This document shows positions 1 through 10,097 of a stretch of 64,000 nucleotides of DNA, one piece after another. The first letter of the stretch is position 1. The number at the start of each line of letters is the position of its first letter. The position numbers and the translations under genes were made by a program. The notes below the pieces were generated by a model. That model was not told where the DNA came from and did not search any database. It was given only the letters and a program-made list of their open reading frames with translations. Source of the DNA: an uncultured Gemmatimonadales bacterium (GTDB lineage Bacteria > Gemmatimonadota > Gemmatimonadetes > Gemmatimonadales > GWC2-71-9); the NCBI GenBank assembly GCA_963779755.1, contig CAVZZO010000001.1, forward strand, positions 960,001 through 1,024,000, given 5' to 3'.

Positions 1-31
1 GGGCGCGCACCGAACCCCTCGCCGCGGTCCC

Positions 32-59
32 GCTCACTGCTCACTGCTTACCGCTCACT
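32..59. repeat. 7-mer tandem array (GCTCACT-type), single arm visible
   Basis: GCTCACT GCTCACT GCTTACC GCTCACT, ending 3 nt before ATG 63. Confidence 0.7.
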
Positions 60-62
60 GTC

Positions 63-3000
63 ATGTCCCTCTCCTCACGCTCCATCTCCCGCCCCGTCAC
101 CACCATCGCCGCGCTGCTGGCGCTGGTGCTGGTGGGGATCGTGAGCCTGAGCCGGCTGCCGGTCTCGCTGCTGCCCGATGTGCAGCTACCGGTGCTCACG
201 ATCCGGACGCACTACCCGGGTGCCGCCGCGATGGAGGCGTCTCGCCTCGTCGCCGAGCCGATCGAGGAGGCCATCGGCGCGACGCCCGGCCTGGTGGAGC
301 TGCGCTCGGTGAGCCGAACTGACGAGGTCACCACCACCGCGCGCTTCGCCTGGGGCACCGACATGGCGGCCACGGTGCTGGCCGTGCGCGAGCGGCTGGA
401 CAACGTCCGCAGCCGGCTGCCGGAGAAGGCCGAGCGTCCCACCCTCCTCACCAGCGACCCGGGCCAGCGGCCCATCGCGATGCTGGCCCTCACCGGGGTG
501 GGAGATCTGCGGGTCGTCTCCCGCACGGCCAAGGAGGTCCACGCCCGCCGGCTGGAACAGCTCGACGGTGTCGCCAGCGTGGCGGTGGTCGGTGAGCCCA
601 AGGACGAGATCCGGGTGGAGCTGGACCCCAACCGGATGCGTGCGCTGGGCATCTCGCCCGAGGATGTGAGTCAGGCGCTCCAGGCCGCCAATTGGGGCGC
701 GCCTGGAGGGACGATCAAGCGGGGGCAGTTCCGCTATTCGGTTCGCGCCCTCACCGAGTTCCAGAGCCTGAACGAGATCGGCGAGATACCGGTGGGGCCG
801 GCCGGCAGCGCCCGCTTGCGGGACATCGCCACCGTCACCCTCGCCACCGCCGATCCGCTGACGGTCGTCCGCCTGGACGGCAAGCCCGCCGTTGGCCTGG
901 TGGTCTACAAGGACGCCAACGCCAATACCGTCGCCGTCACCAGGAAGATCGACGAGGCAGTGGCGCAGCTGGAACAGGAGTTCCCCGGCGTCCATCTCAC
1001 CGTGGTGGCGGCGCAAGCCCGTTTCGTGAAGGACGCGCTCACCAACCTGGGCCAGGAGATCATCGCCGGCGGCATCCTTGCCGTGCTGGTGATCATGCTG
1101 TTCCTGCAGGACATCCGCGCGTCGCTCAGCATCGCGCTGGTCGTGCCGCTCTCGGTGCTGGTGGCGCTGGTCGCGCTCCAGGCGCTCCACGTCACCATCA
1201 ATGTCCTCTCGCTCGGCGGCCTGGCACTCGGCGTCGGCATGCTGGTGGACAACGCCATCGTGGTCGCCGAGGCGACTCGGCGCAAACGGGACGAAGGACT
1301 TCCACCGGCGGAGGCGGCACGGGTCGCGACGGACGAAGTCGCGGGGCCGCTCATCGCGGGGACGCTGACAACGCTGCTGGTCTTCGGACCGATCGTCTTC
1401 GTTCGCGGCCTGGCGGCGGCCCTGTTCCGAGATCTGAGTCTGAGCGTGGTGACGGCGGTGGGAGCGTCGCTGCTGTTGGCGCTTACCCTGATGCCCGTCA
1501 TGATGGCGCGGGGCGGTAAGCGGTCAGCAGTAAGCGGTAAGCGGGGCCCCGGTTCCGGCCCGCTCACCGCTCACCGCTCACTGCTGACCAGGTGGGGGCA
1601 TTACCTGTCCGAGGCGTACGAACACGGCGTCGCCTGGTGCCTCGACCACCCCTTACGGGTGTTCGCGGTTTCTCTTGCGGTGGTGCTCGCGACCGCGCTT
1701 CTCGCCTTGCGGCTCCCGCGGGAGATCCTGCCGCAGGTGGATGAGGGTGTGATGGTTGCCGAGGTGAAGCTGCCGGTGGGCACAGCCCTGGAGGAGACCA
1801 CCCGCAACGTGGGCCGTGTGGAAGACGCCGCGGAGGCATTGGGCTCCGCCCGGATCTACAGCCGGGTGGGGGTCGCGACCGATGAGGAAATCCTGGCCGG
1901 GGCCGATCCTGGCACCTCCAGCACGGCACAGATGGTGATTCCCGTACCGCCAGGCGCCGACGCACAGGAGTTCGCCGACCGGCTGCGCGCCAGGGTGCCC
2001 GACCTCGCGGCGGGATCCCTGGCCCTGGATCTGGCGGGACAGTCGGAGTTCGGCAGTCTCATCGGCCGCGAGGGGCGGCTGGTGAGCCTCGAGGTGAGCG
2101 GCCTGGATCAGAAGCAGGCGGAGGTCTGGGCCGATTCCGCCCGGCGCATCGTCGGAGGGATTCACGGGCTGGCCGACGTGCGCGATGCCTACGCCGGCAC
2201 CCAGCCGGTGGTGGAGATCACGCTGGAGCGGCAGCGGATCGCGCTGCGGGGCCTGAGCGTGGAACAGGTGGCGGGCGCCCTCTCGGGCGGGCTCGGGGGC
2301 ATCAAGGCGACCGATTTTCGCGAGACGGACAAGCGCACGCCGATCACCGTCCGGCTGGCGGGCAGCGCCAACGAAGATCTCGACGCCGCGCTCAACACCG
2401 TGGTGCAGGGAGTCCCGGTGGGGCAGCTGGTAACGGTGCATGAGACCCGCGCCCCGATCGAGGTGGTGCGGGTGAACCAGCGCCCGGTGTCCATCGTGGA
2501 AGCGGTGGTGGAACGCGGCGGGACGGCGCGAGCAACCGAAGCGGTCGAGACGGCGCTCGGGTCTCTCGCCACGCCGCCCGGCCTCACCTGGACCGTGACG
2601 GGCGCCGATGTCGAGCAACGCCGCACCACCCACGAACTGAGCCTGGTGGCGGTACTGTCGGTGGCCCTGGTCTTTCTGGTGCTGGCGGGCGAGTTCGCCT
2701 CGTTCACCACGCCGCTGCTCATCATGCTCACCGTGCCGCTGGCCGCCGGCGGCGGGATCGTGATCCTCTGGCTCACGGGCCAGAGCCTCAACGCCGTGTC
2801 GCTCATCGGCATGGTGGTGATGATCGGTATCGCCGACAACGATGCCGTGGTGAAGCTCGATGCCATTCGGCGCTACCGGGCGCAGGGGCTTCCCATCCGC
2901 GAAGCGATAATGAAGGGCGGCCGCGAGCGGCTGCGCGCCATCGCCATGACCTCGCTGACGACGGTCGTCGGCGTCCTGCCGCTCATCGTGGGCATCGGCA

Positions 3001-3209
3001 GCGGCGGCCAGCTCTATCAGCCGCTCGCCGCCGGCATCATCGGCGGGTCCATCTCGGCGACGCTGGTGACCTTCTTTCTCCTTCCCACGGCATATGGAGT
3101 GGTGGAGACGTATAAGGAAAGGAAGGCGGTAATGGCGGTACAGGCGGTAACGGCGGTAGAACCTCATGCCCTGACTCCCTCCCCACGCGGTGGAGAGGGG
3201 GAACCGTGA
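63..3209 (+). CDS. Efflux RND transporter permease subunit (AcrB/MdtB-like)
   Basis: 1048 aa. N-terminal SISRPV plus TM segment, LP..LLP, TM4 GMLVDNAIVV, C-terminal RLRAIAMTSLTT..G.LPL. Two-repeat 12-TM RND layout. Confidence 0.95.
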   Translation: MSLSSRSISRPVTTIAALLALVLVGIVSLSRLPVSLLPDVQLPVLTIRTHYPGAAAMEASRLVAEPIEEAIGATPGLVELRSVSRTDEVTTTARFAWGTDMAATVLAVRERLDNVRSRLPEKAERPTLLTSDPGQRPIAMLALTGVGDLRVVSRTAKEVHARRLEQLDGVASVAVVGEPKDEIRVELDPNRMRALGISPEDVSQALQAANWGAPGGTIKRGQFRYSVRALTEFQSLNEIGEIPVGPAGSARLRDIATVTLATADPLTVVRLDGKPAVGLVVYKDANANTVAVTRKIDEAVAQLEQEFPGVHLTVVAAQARFVKDALTNLGQEIIAGGILAVLVIMLFLQDIRASLSIALVVPLSVLVALVALQALHVTINVLSLGGLALGVGMLVDNAIVVAEATRRKRDEGLPPAEAARVATDEVAGPLIAGTLTTLLVFGPIVFVRGLAAALFRDLSLSVVTAVGASLLLALTLMPVMMARGGKRSAVSGKRGPGSGPLTAHRSLLTRWGHYLSEAYEHGVAWCLDHPLRVFAVSLAVVLATALLALRLPREILPQVDEGVMVAEVKLPVGTALEETTRNVGRVEDAAEALGSARIYSRVGVATDEEILAGADPGTSSTAQMVIPVPPGADAQEFADRLRARVPDLAAGSLALDLAGQSEFGSLIGREGRLVSLEVSGLDQKQAEVWADSARRIVGGIHGLADVRDAYAGTQPVVEITLERQRIALRGLSVEQVAGALSGGLGGIKATDFRETDKRTPITVRLAGSANEDLDAALNTVVQGVPVGQLVTVHETRAPIEVVRVNQRPVSIVEAVVERGGTARATEAVETALGSLATPPGLTWTVTGADVEQRRTTHELSLVAVLSVALVFLVLAGEFASFTTPLLIMLTVPLAAGGGIVILWLTGQSLNAVSLIGMVVMIGIADNDAVVKLDAIRRYRAQGLPIREAIMKGGRERLRAIAMTSLTTVVGVLPLIVGIGSGGQLYQPLAAGIIGGSISATLVTFFLLPTAYGVVETYKERKAVMAVQAVTAVEPHALTPSPRGGEGEP
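1513..1589. repeat. Inverted 7-mer microsatellite inside RND gene 1
   Basis: (GCGGTAA)-like x4, 15-nt spacer, (CCGCTCA)-like x4. Confidence 0.85.
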
Positions 3210-3264
3210 CGACAGCCACGGGCGTGCACCTACCGCCTTTACCACCGCTACCGCCCATACCGCC
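3125..3264. repeat. Inverted 9-mer microsatellite enclosing a REP-like hairpin
   Basis: (GGCGGTANN)x4 at 3125-3160 and (NNTACCGCC)x4 at 3229-3264. Confidence 0.85.
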
Positions 3265-3282
3265 GGTGCGGCGGTCCCGCCC

Positions 3283-6200
3283 ATGATTCAGTGGGCCGCC
3301 CACCGTCCCGCCGTCGTCTGGTCGGTGAGCCTCGCGCTGGTCGCGGCGGGGGCCGTGGCCTTCACCCGGCTGCCGCTCGCCACCCGCCCGGTGGTCGAGC
3401 TGCCGAAGCTCACCGTGAGCGTCTCCTGGCCCGGCGCCTCCGCCGAGCTGGTCGAGTCCTATCTCACCTCACCCATCGAAAGCGCCATCCAGGGCGTCCG
3501 AGGCGTCAAGAAGGTGAGCAGCGAGTCCACCGACGGTTCCGCCAGCCTGGAGGTGGATCTGCAGGAGGGGAGCGACGCGCAGTTTGCCCGTCTGGGGATT
3601 CTCGAGCGGCTGGAGCTTATCCGGAAGGACTTCCCGCCCGGCGCCTCGGCGCCTTCGGTTACCAACTACGTCCCCGACGACCTCGCCGAGCAGCCGCTCC
3701 TTTTCTACATCATCTACGGACCGTACACCTCGGGCACGCTGGCGCGGATGGCGGAGGAGCGGATCCTGCCGCACATCACCGCCGTGGAAGGCGTGGCGGG
3801 CGTGGACCACAGCGGTGGCGCGGAGCAGGCCGTCGCGGTGAGCTACGACGCACAGCGGCTCCGCCAGCTCGGCATTTCCAGTGATGCCGTCGCCCAGGCC
3901 ATTGCCGGCGCGAGGGTCGTGCAGTCGCTGGGCCGGGTGGAGAATGCAGTCAACGTGCTGCCGGTGACGCTACGCGATCAGCCCCACGCCATCGAGGATC
4001 TGGGGCAGCTCCCGGTCCGCGGGCTGGCGGGACAGGTCTACCCCCTGCGCGAGCTGGCCAGCATCCGGATGGAAGAGGACTCGCGCGACCAATTCTACCG
4101 GGTGAACGGCGAGCCGGCGGTGGCGCTCCGCATCGCTCGGCTTCCCGGTGCCGATGCCATCCGCACCGCCGCGCGGGTCCGGCAGGCTATGATGATGCTG
4201 CAGCCTCAGCTGTTGCCGGGCGTCCGTCTCGAGCTGCAAACCGATGAGAGCGTGGAACTCGGCACGCAGCTGCGCGATCTCCTGCTGCGCGGGAGCATCG
4301 CCTTCGCGGCGGTGATGCTGGTGCTGGCCTCGGCGCTGCGGAACGCCCGGTCGATCGCCCTGGTGATGGGGAGCGCCGCGGTGGCCATCGCCGGAACCGC
4401 GCTCGGGCTCTATCTCCTCAGGATTCCCGCCAACCTGCTGACGCTGGCCGGCCTGGGGATGGGCATCGGCATCCTGGTCCAGAATGGGCTCATTGTGGTG
4501 GCCCGGCTCCGTACCATGCCGGACACGCCGGAGGGCCGCGCCGAGGCCAGCCGGCGCATCCTGCCGGCGGTGGTGGGCGCCACGCTCACTACGGCGGTTG
4601 TGCTGATTCCTTTCCTTTATTTGCAGGGAAACGCGCGGGCCGCCTTCACCCCCTTTGCGGTGGCCTTCGTGCTGGCCCTGGCCTGGTCGGTGGGGGCCTC
4701 GGTGATCATGATCCCGGCGCTGGGCGCGGGGCACGGGATGAATACCCGGCAGTGGCCCAGGCTGCAGCGGGCCTATTTGCGGATCATGGTGCGGCTGCTG
4801 CGCTGGCGCTGGGCCACGCTCGTCCTGGCAGCGGCGGCGGTGGGGGTGCTCGCCTGGGGCTTCGTCAAGAAGGTGCCCCGCAGCAACTGGGGCAACTGGT
4901 TCGGCCAGCGCACCACACTCGGCGCCAGCCTCAGTTTCCCCCGCGGGTCCGACCCGGCCAGTCTCGACCAGGGCATGCGCGATCTGGAGTCGGTGGTGCA
5001 GGGGCAGCCCGGCGTGGAGCAGGTGACGGCTCAGGGCTCCGGCGGAGAGGCGTATCTCCGCGTGGTCTTCACCCATGCGTCGGAGTTCGGGCCGCAGCCG
5101 TACATCCTGCAGGAAGCGCTCACCCAGCGGGCCATCCTGATCGGCGGGGCCACCGTTTCGGTGTCCGGGCGCGGCCCCGGATTCTACTCCGGCGGCGGCA
5201 TGGGCGGGTCCACCTATCGTATCAAGGTGCTGGGCTATTCCTTCTCCGGGGTGGAACAGCTGGCGTACGACCTCAAGAAGCGGCTGGAACGCATTCCGCG
5301 GGTACAGGATGTGGACGCCAACGCCGCCGGGTTCTATGGCAGAGAGAAGTCCTATCTGGTGACGCTGGATCCCGACCGCGAGGCACTGGCCCGCCATGGC
5401 ATCACGGCCCGGCAGTTCGCCTCGGCGCTGGGACGCGCGGTGGCGGGGCAGGTGGGGGGAACCCGGATCGAGATCGGCGGCCGCGAGCTGCCGGTGAACG
5501 TCAAGGCGAAGGGCGCGCGGGAGCGCACCCTGGACCAGCTCCGCTCCTCGTTCATCGCCAACAGGGACGGTGCCCCGGTGCGGGTGAGCGATCTGGCCGC
5601 GGTGGACGAGCAGGAGGCGCTCTCGCGGATCAGCCGGGAAGACCAACAGTACGTGCGCATCGTGAGCTACGATTTCCGCGGGCCTCCCAAACTGGCGGAG
5701 CGGACGCACGAGGCGTTCATGAAGACCATCTCCGTACCCCCGGGCTATACCGTGGGCGATGACGAATGGGACTGGGGCACGGACAGCAGCACCAGAGGCC
5801 TGTGGCTGGTGTTCGGCATCGGCATTCTGCTGGTGATCCTCTCCGTGGCCATGGTGTTCGATTCCGCCTGGGCAGCGGCCATGGTGTTCCTGAGCCTGCC
5901 GATCGCCCTGGGCGGCAGCGTGGCAGCTTTCTGGATCGCCGGCGCCGCGTTCGGCCGGGAGGCGGCGGTGGGGGTGATACTGGTGGTCGGCCTGGCGGTG
6001 AACCAGAGCATTCTGCTGGTGGATGGGGCGCTCGGAAGGCGGTCGGCTAAGGCGGCAAGACGGCAGGACGGCAGGACGGCAGGGGGTGAGCCGGTGGCAT
6101 CCTACCGCCGTACCGCCGTACCGCCGTACCGCCGGGGGTTGGGCGGCCGGGACGTGATCGCCGCCTGCCGCGACCGGGCGGGAACCATCCTGCTGGTCAC

Positions 6201-6405
6201 CTTCGTCACGCTGGCCAGCCTGCTGCCGTTGGCCGTCGGCACGAAGACGGACGAGCTCTTCGGCGGGATTGCGCTGGCGACGGTGGGCGGGACCATCGCG
6301 GGGACGATCGGCGCGCTGTTCGTGGTGCCGGCGATGGTGGTGGGGCGGAGGAGGAAGAACAGCGATCCCTCCAATCCCCAATCCCCCGCCCATCACTCCT
6401 TCTAA
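3283..6405 (+). CDS. Second efflux RND transporter permease subunit (divergent partner)
   Basis: RND layout (WPGASAELVE..LT.PIE, large periplasmic loops, 12 TM). ATG 3283 (MIQWAAHRP) preferred because the upstream extension is repeat-derived. Confidence 0.9.
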   Translation: MIQWAAHRPAVVWSVSLALVAAGAVAFTRLPLATRPVVELPKLTVSVSWPGASAELVESYLTSPIESAIQGVRGVKKVSSESTDGSASLEVDLQEGSDAQFARLGILERLELIRKDFPPGASAPSVTNYVPDDLAEQPLLFYIIYGPYTSGTLARMAEERILPHITAVEGVAGVDHSGGAEQAVAVSYDAQRLRQLGISSDAVAQAIAGARVVQSLGRVENAVNVLPVTLRDQPHAIEDLGQLPVRGLAGQVYPLRELASIRMEEDSRDQFYRVNGEPAVALRIARLPGADAIRTAARVRQAMMMLQPQLLPGVRLELQTDESVELGTQLRDLLLRGSIAFAAVMLVLASALRNARSIALVMGSAAVAIAGTALGLYLLRIPANLLTLAGLGMGIGILVQNGLIVVARLRTMPDTPEGRAEASRRILPAVVGATLTTAVVLIPFLYLQGNARAAFTPFAVAFVLALAWSVGASVIMIPALGAGHGMNTRQWPRLQRAYLRIMVRLLRWRWATLVLAAAAVGVLAWGFVKKVPRSNWGNWFGQRTTLGASLSFPRGSDPASLDQGMRDLESVVQGQPGVEQVTAQGSGGEAYLRVVFTHASEFGPQPYILQEALTQRAILIGGATVSVSGRGPGFYSGGGMGGSTYRIKVLGYSFSGVEQLAYDLKKRLERIPRVQDVDANAAGFYGREKSYLVTLDPDREALARHGITARQFASALGRAVAGQVGGTRIEIGGRELPVNVKAKGARERTLDQLRSSFIANRDGAPVRVSDLAAVDEQEALSRISREDQQYVRIVSYDFRGPPKLAERTHEAFMKTISVPPGYTVGDDEWDWGTDSSTRGLWLVFGIGILLVILSVAMVFDSAWAAAMVFLSLPIALGGSVAAFWIAGAAFGREAAVGVILVVGLAVNQSILLVDGALGRRSAKAARRQDGRTAGGEPVASYRRTAVPPYRRGLGGRDVIAACRDRAGTILLVTFVTLASLLPLAVGTKTDELFGGIALATVGGTIAGTIGALFVVPAMVVGRRRKNSDPSNPQSPAHHSF
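6051..6133. repeat. Inverted 8-mer microsatellite inside RND gene 2
   Basis: (GACGGCAG)-like x4 and (CGTACCGC)-like x4. Confidence 0.85.
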
Positions 6406-6536
6406 CTCCCATCCCCACAGCCACTTAGCGCAACACCGCTCCATTGCTCACGGGGGCCGACCGGGCTATATTTCCATGTTCGCCGGGAGGCGCTCTGTAA
6501 GCCGTCCCGACCGGCCGTGTCTCCATCCCACAATTC

Positions 6537-9068
6537 ATGACCGTCCCTACCACGCACGAGCGGATCCTCCCCCGCCTGATCGAGGAGGAGCTGCAGCAGT
6601 CCTTCATTAATTACTCGATGAGCGTCATCGTTTCGCGCGCGCTGCCCGACGTGCGAGACGGGCTCAAACCGGTACACCGGCGGATTCTCTACGCCATGAA
6701 CGAGCTGGGGCTGCTGCCCGGCCGGGCGTTCAAGAAATCCGCCACCGTGGTGGGCGACGTGCTGGGCAAGTATCACCCGCACGGCGACTCGTCGGTTTAC
6801 GACGCGCTGGTCCGCATGGTGCAGGACTTCTCCCTGCGCTATCCGCTGGTGAACGGCCAGGGCAACTTCGGCTCGGTGGACGGCGACCCGGCGGCGGCCT
6901 ACCGCTATACCGAGGCGCGGCTGACGCCCGTGGCCGTCGCCATGCTGGACGATATCGACAAGAACACGGTCGAGTTCCAGCCCAATTTCGACGATCGCCT
7001 GCGGGAGCCCACGGTCCTCCCCAGCAAGATCCCCAACCTGCTGGTGAACGGGTCGAGCGGCATCGCGGTGGGCATGGCCACGAATATTCCGCCGCACAAT
7101 CTGCGGGAAGTGGCCCGGGCGGTGCAGTTCGTGGTGGACAATCCCGAGGCCACCATCGCCGATCTGCGCAAGCTGATCAAGGGGCCCGATTTCCCGACCG
7201 GCGGCTACATCTACGGCCGCCAGGGCATCAAGGAAGCCTACGAGACGGGCCGCGGGCGGGTGATCATGCGGGCCCGGGCCCAGGTGGAGGAGCGGCAGAA
7301 CGGCCGGCAGTCGGTCGTCATCACCGAAATTCCCTACCAGGTCAACAAGAGCAAGCTGACGTCGGACATCGCGCATCTGGTCAACGCCAAGAAGCTGGAC
7401 GGTATCTCCGACATCCGGGACGAGTCCGACCGCGACGGCATGCGGCTGGTGATCGAGCTGAAGCGTGACGCCATCGCCAACGTGGTGCTGAACCAGCTCT
7501 ACAAGCACACGGCGATGCAGTCCACCTTCGGCGTCATCATGCTGGCGCTGGACAAGGGCATCCCCAAGGTGATGAACCTGAAGCAGCTGCTGGACCGGTT
7601 CATCGAGCATCGCCACGAGATCATCGTCCGGCGCACGCAGTACGATCTGGACCAGGCCCAGGCGCGGGAGCACATCCTCGAAGGCCTCAAGATCGCGGTC
7701 GACAACATCGAGGAAGTGATCCAGATCATCCGCGGCTCCTCCGACGTGGCGGAGGCGGACGCGGCGCTGCGCGAGCGGTTCGGGCTGTCCGAGCGGCAGA
7801 GCGAGGCCATCCTCAACATGCGGCTCGCCCGGCTCACCGGGCTCGAAATCGACAAGCTGGAAGCCGAGCTCACGGAAGTCCGGGCCACCATCAAGGAGCT
7901 GCAGGGCATCCTCGAGTCGCGCGAGCGGCGCATGGGCATCCTGAAGGATGAGATGGACGAGGTCGCCAAGAAGTTCGGCGACAACCGCCGCACCGAAATC
8001 CTGGCCGATCAGGACGACTTCTCGGTGGAAGACCTGATCGCCGAAGAAGACATGGTGATCACCATCTCCCATACCGGCTACATCAAGCGGATTCCCGTGT
8101 CCACCTATCGGCGGCAGCGCCGGGGCGGGCGCGGGCTCACCGGGATGGGCACCAAGGAAGAGGACTGGGTTGAGCACCTCTTTATCGCCAGCACCCACGA
8201 CTACCTGATGTTCTTCAGCAACCGGGGGCAGGTCTACTGGCTCAAGGTGCACGAGATCCCGCAGGGCGGCCGGGCCGCCCGGGGCAAGCCGGTGGTGAAC
8301 TGCATCGCCATCCGGCAGGACGAACGGGTCGCCGCCGTGGTGGCGGTGCGGAACTTCTCGGAGGAGAAGTGGCTCATGTTCGCCACCCGGAGCGGGACGG
8401 TCAAGAAGACCGCCCTGTCCGCCTACGGGAACGTCCGGTCCAACGGCATCAACGCCATCAACATCGGCGAGGACGACGAACTCATCGACGTGCAGCTCAC
8501 CGACGCCGACAGCGACATCGTGCTCTGCACCCTGAACGGGATGAGCATCCGCTTCCATCAGAGCGACGTGCGCGAAATGGGCCGGGTCGCTGCCGGGGTC
8601 AAGGGCATCGAGCTGGTGAAGGGCGACGCCGTCATCGGCATGGTGGTGGTGCGGCGGGACGCCACCCTGCTGGTGGTGAGCGAAAAGGGCTACGGCAAGC
8701 GATCGGAGCTCACCGAGTACCGGGTCCAGCGCCGCGGCGGCAAGGGCATCATCACGCTGAAACGCACCGAGAAGACCGGCCATATCGTGGCGCTCAAGGA
8801 AGTGCAGCCGGCCGACGAGCTGATGATGATCACCCGGCACGGCGTCATCATCCGGGTGCCGGTCGACGGCATCCGCGTCATCGGCCGCAACACCCAGGGC
8901 GTCCGGGTCATGAACCTCGATGCCGGCGACGCGGTGGTGGATGTGGCGCGGGTCATCAAGGAAGACGAGGCCGCCGGCGGCATCGCGGCGGGCGCGGAAG
9001 CCGGGGCGGCGGCCGAGGGGATCGACGCCGACGCCGACGGCACGGAGGACACCGCGGGCGAAGAATGA
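6537..9068 (+). CDS. gyrA: DNA gyrase subunit A
   Basis: [26 protein letters not shown], catalytic AYRYTE, GyrA-box QRRGGRG, acidic C-terminal tail. Confidence 0.98.
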   Translation: MTVPTTHERILPRLIEEELQQSFINYSMSVIVSRALPDVRDGLKPVHRRILYAMNELGLLPGRAFKKSATVVGDVLGKYHPHGDSSVYDALVRMVQDFSLRYPLVNGQGNFGSVDGDPAAAYRYTEARLTPVAVAMLDDIDKNTVEFQPNFDDRLREPTVLPSKIPNLLVNGSSGIAVGMATNIPPHNLREVARAVQFVVDNPEATIADLRKLIKGPDFPTGGYIYGRQGIKEAYETGRGRVIMRARAQVEERQNGRQSVVITEIPYQVNKSKLTSDIAHLVNAKKLDGISDIRDESDRDGMRLVIELKRDAIANVVLNQLYKHTAMQSTFGVIMLALDKGIPKVMNLKQLLDRFIEHRHEIIVRRTQYDLDQAQAREHILEGLKIAVDNIEEVIQIIRGSSDVAEADAALRERFGLSERQSEAILNMRLARLTGLEIDKLEAELTEVRATIKELQGILESRERRMGILKDEMDEVAKKFGDNRRTEILADQDDFSVEDLIAEEDMVITISHTGYIKRIPVSTYRRQRRGGRGLTGMGTKEEDWVEHLFIASTHDYLMFFSNRGQVYWLKVHEIPQGGRAARGKPVVNCIAIRQDERVAAVVAVRNFSEEKWLMFATRSGTVKKTALSAYGNVRSNGINAINIGEDDELIDVQLTDADSDIVLCTLNGMSIRFHQSDVREMGRVAAGVKGIELVKGDAVIGMVVVRRDATLLVVSEKGYGKRSELTEYRVQRRGGKGIITLKRTEKTGHIVALKEVQPADELMMITRHGVIIRVPVDGIRVIGRNTQGVRVMNLDAGDAVVDVARVIKEDEAAGGIAAGAEAGAAAEGIDADADGTEDTAGEE

Positions 9069-9071
9069 ACG

Positions 9072-9115
9072 CGTGAGACGTGAGGGGCACGACGCTTCAC
9101 GTCTTGCGGCTCACC
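9072..9115. repeat. Degenerate inverted 7-mer repeat after gyrA
   Basis: CGTGAGA CGTGAGG ... CTTCACG TCTTGCG GCTCACC. Confidence 0.6.
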
Positions 9116-9128
9116 TACTGGGAGCACC

Positions 9129-10097
9129 ATGGCGCACGCGACGTTACCGGTTCGTCTCGAGCACGTTCAGGAGGCTGCGGCGCTCATCCGCGGCATCGCC
9201 GATAACACCCCCCTGTATGGCGCGCCCGGCCTGAGCTCCAGCCTCGGCGTCTCCGTCTATCTCAAGGGTGAGCACCGCCAGCCGGTCGGGGCCTTCAAGG
9301 CCCGCGGGGCCTACAATGCGATCGCCCGGCTGGACGATGGCGAGCGGGCCCGCGGTGTCATCACCTACTCCAGCGGCAATCATGGCCAGGCCGTCGCCTG
9401 GGCGGCGAAGCAGATGCACACCCGCGCCGTCATCGTCATGCCGGAGACGGTGCCGTCCATCAAGTCCGAGGGCGTCCGGCGCCACGGCGGCGAGGTGGTG
9501 CTGGCCGGCCGGACCAGTGCCGACCGCTACACCCGGGCCATGGAGCTGGTGGACGAGCACGGCTATGTGGTCATTCCCCCCTTCGACCATCCCGATGTCA
9601 TGGCGGGGCAGGGGACCTGCGGCCTGGAGATCCTGGAGCAGCGGCCCGATGTAAGCACCATTCTGGTGCCGGTGGGCGGCGGCGGCCTCATCGCCGGGAT
9701 CGCGACGGTGGTGGCGGCCCTCCGGCCCGAGGTCGAGGTCATCGGCGTCGAACCGGCCGGCGCGGCCAAGCTCACCGCCGCCCTGGACGCCGGCGAGCCC
9801 GTTACGCTGGACCACACCGAGAGTCTGGCCGACGGGCTGCTGCCCTTGTCCATCGGAAAGCTCACCTTTCCTCAGATGCGCTCCAGCGTGCACCGCACCG
9901 CCCTGGTAAGCGACGACGACCTCCTCAAGGCCATGCGCTACCTGCGGGACGATGTCGGAGAGCGGGTCGAGCCGTCCGGCGCGGCCACCACCGCCGCCCT
10001 GCTGGGAGGGCACGTGCAGGTGCGCGGCACCGTGGTGGCGGTGATCAGCGGGGGCAATATCGAGCCCGAGCGCTTCGACCGCCTGGTGGCGGCATGA
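9129..10097 (+). CDS. PLP-dependent threonine/serine dehydratase (no ACT domain)
   Basis: GAFKARGA (PLP lysine), SSGNHGQA, PVGGGGL, SGGN. Confidence 0.92.
   Translation: MAHATLPVRLEHVQEAAALIRGIADNTPLYGAPGLSSSLGVSVYLKGEHRQPVGAFKARGAYNAIARLDDGERARGVITYSSGNHGQAVAWAAKQMHTRAVIVMPETVPSIKSEGVRRHGGEVVLAGRTSADRYTRAMELVDEHGYVVIPPFDHPDVMAGQGTCGLEILEQRPDVSTILVPVGGGGLIAGIATVVAALRPEVEVIGVEPAGAAKLTAALDAGEPVTLDHTESLADGLLPLSIGKLTFPQMRSSVHRTALVSDDDLLKAMRYLRDDVGERVEPSGAATTAALLGGHVQVRGTVVAVISGGNIEPERFDRLVAA

Noticed and set aside
6365..6417. CCAATCC x2 / CCCATCC near the end of RND gene 2 as another family member
   Set aside because: Only two clean units and no partner arm. Too weak to list, though consistent with the family.
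6537..9068. gyrA without adjacent gyrB; second GyrA-box-like motif
   Set aside because: Both are common in bacteria. The QRDR reads as ordinary.
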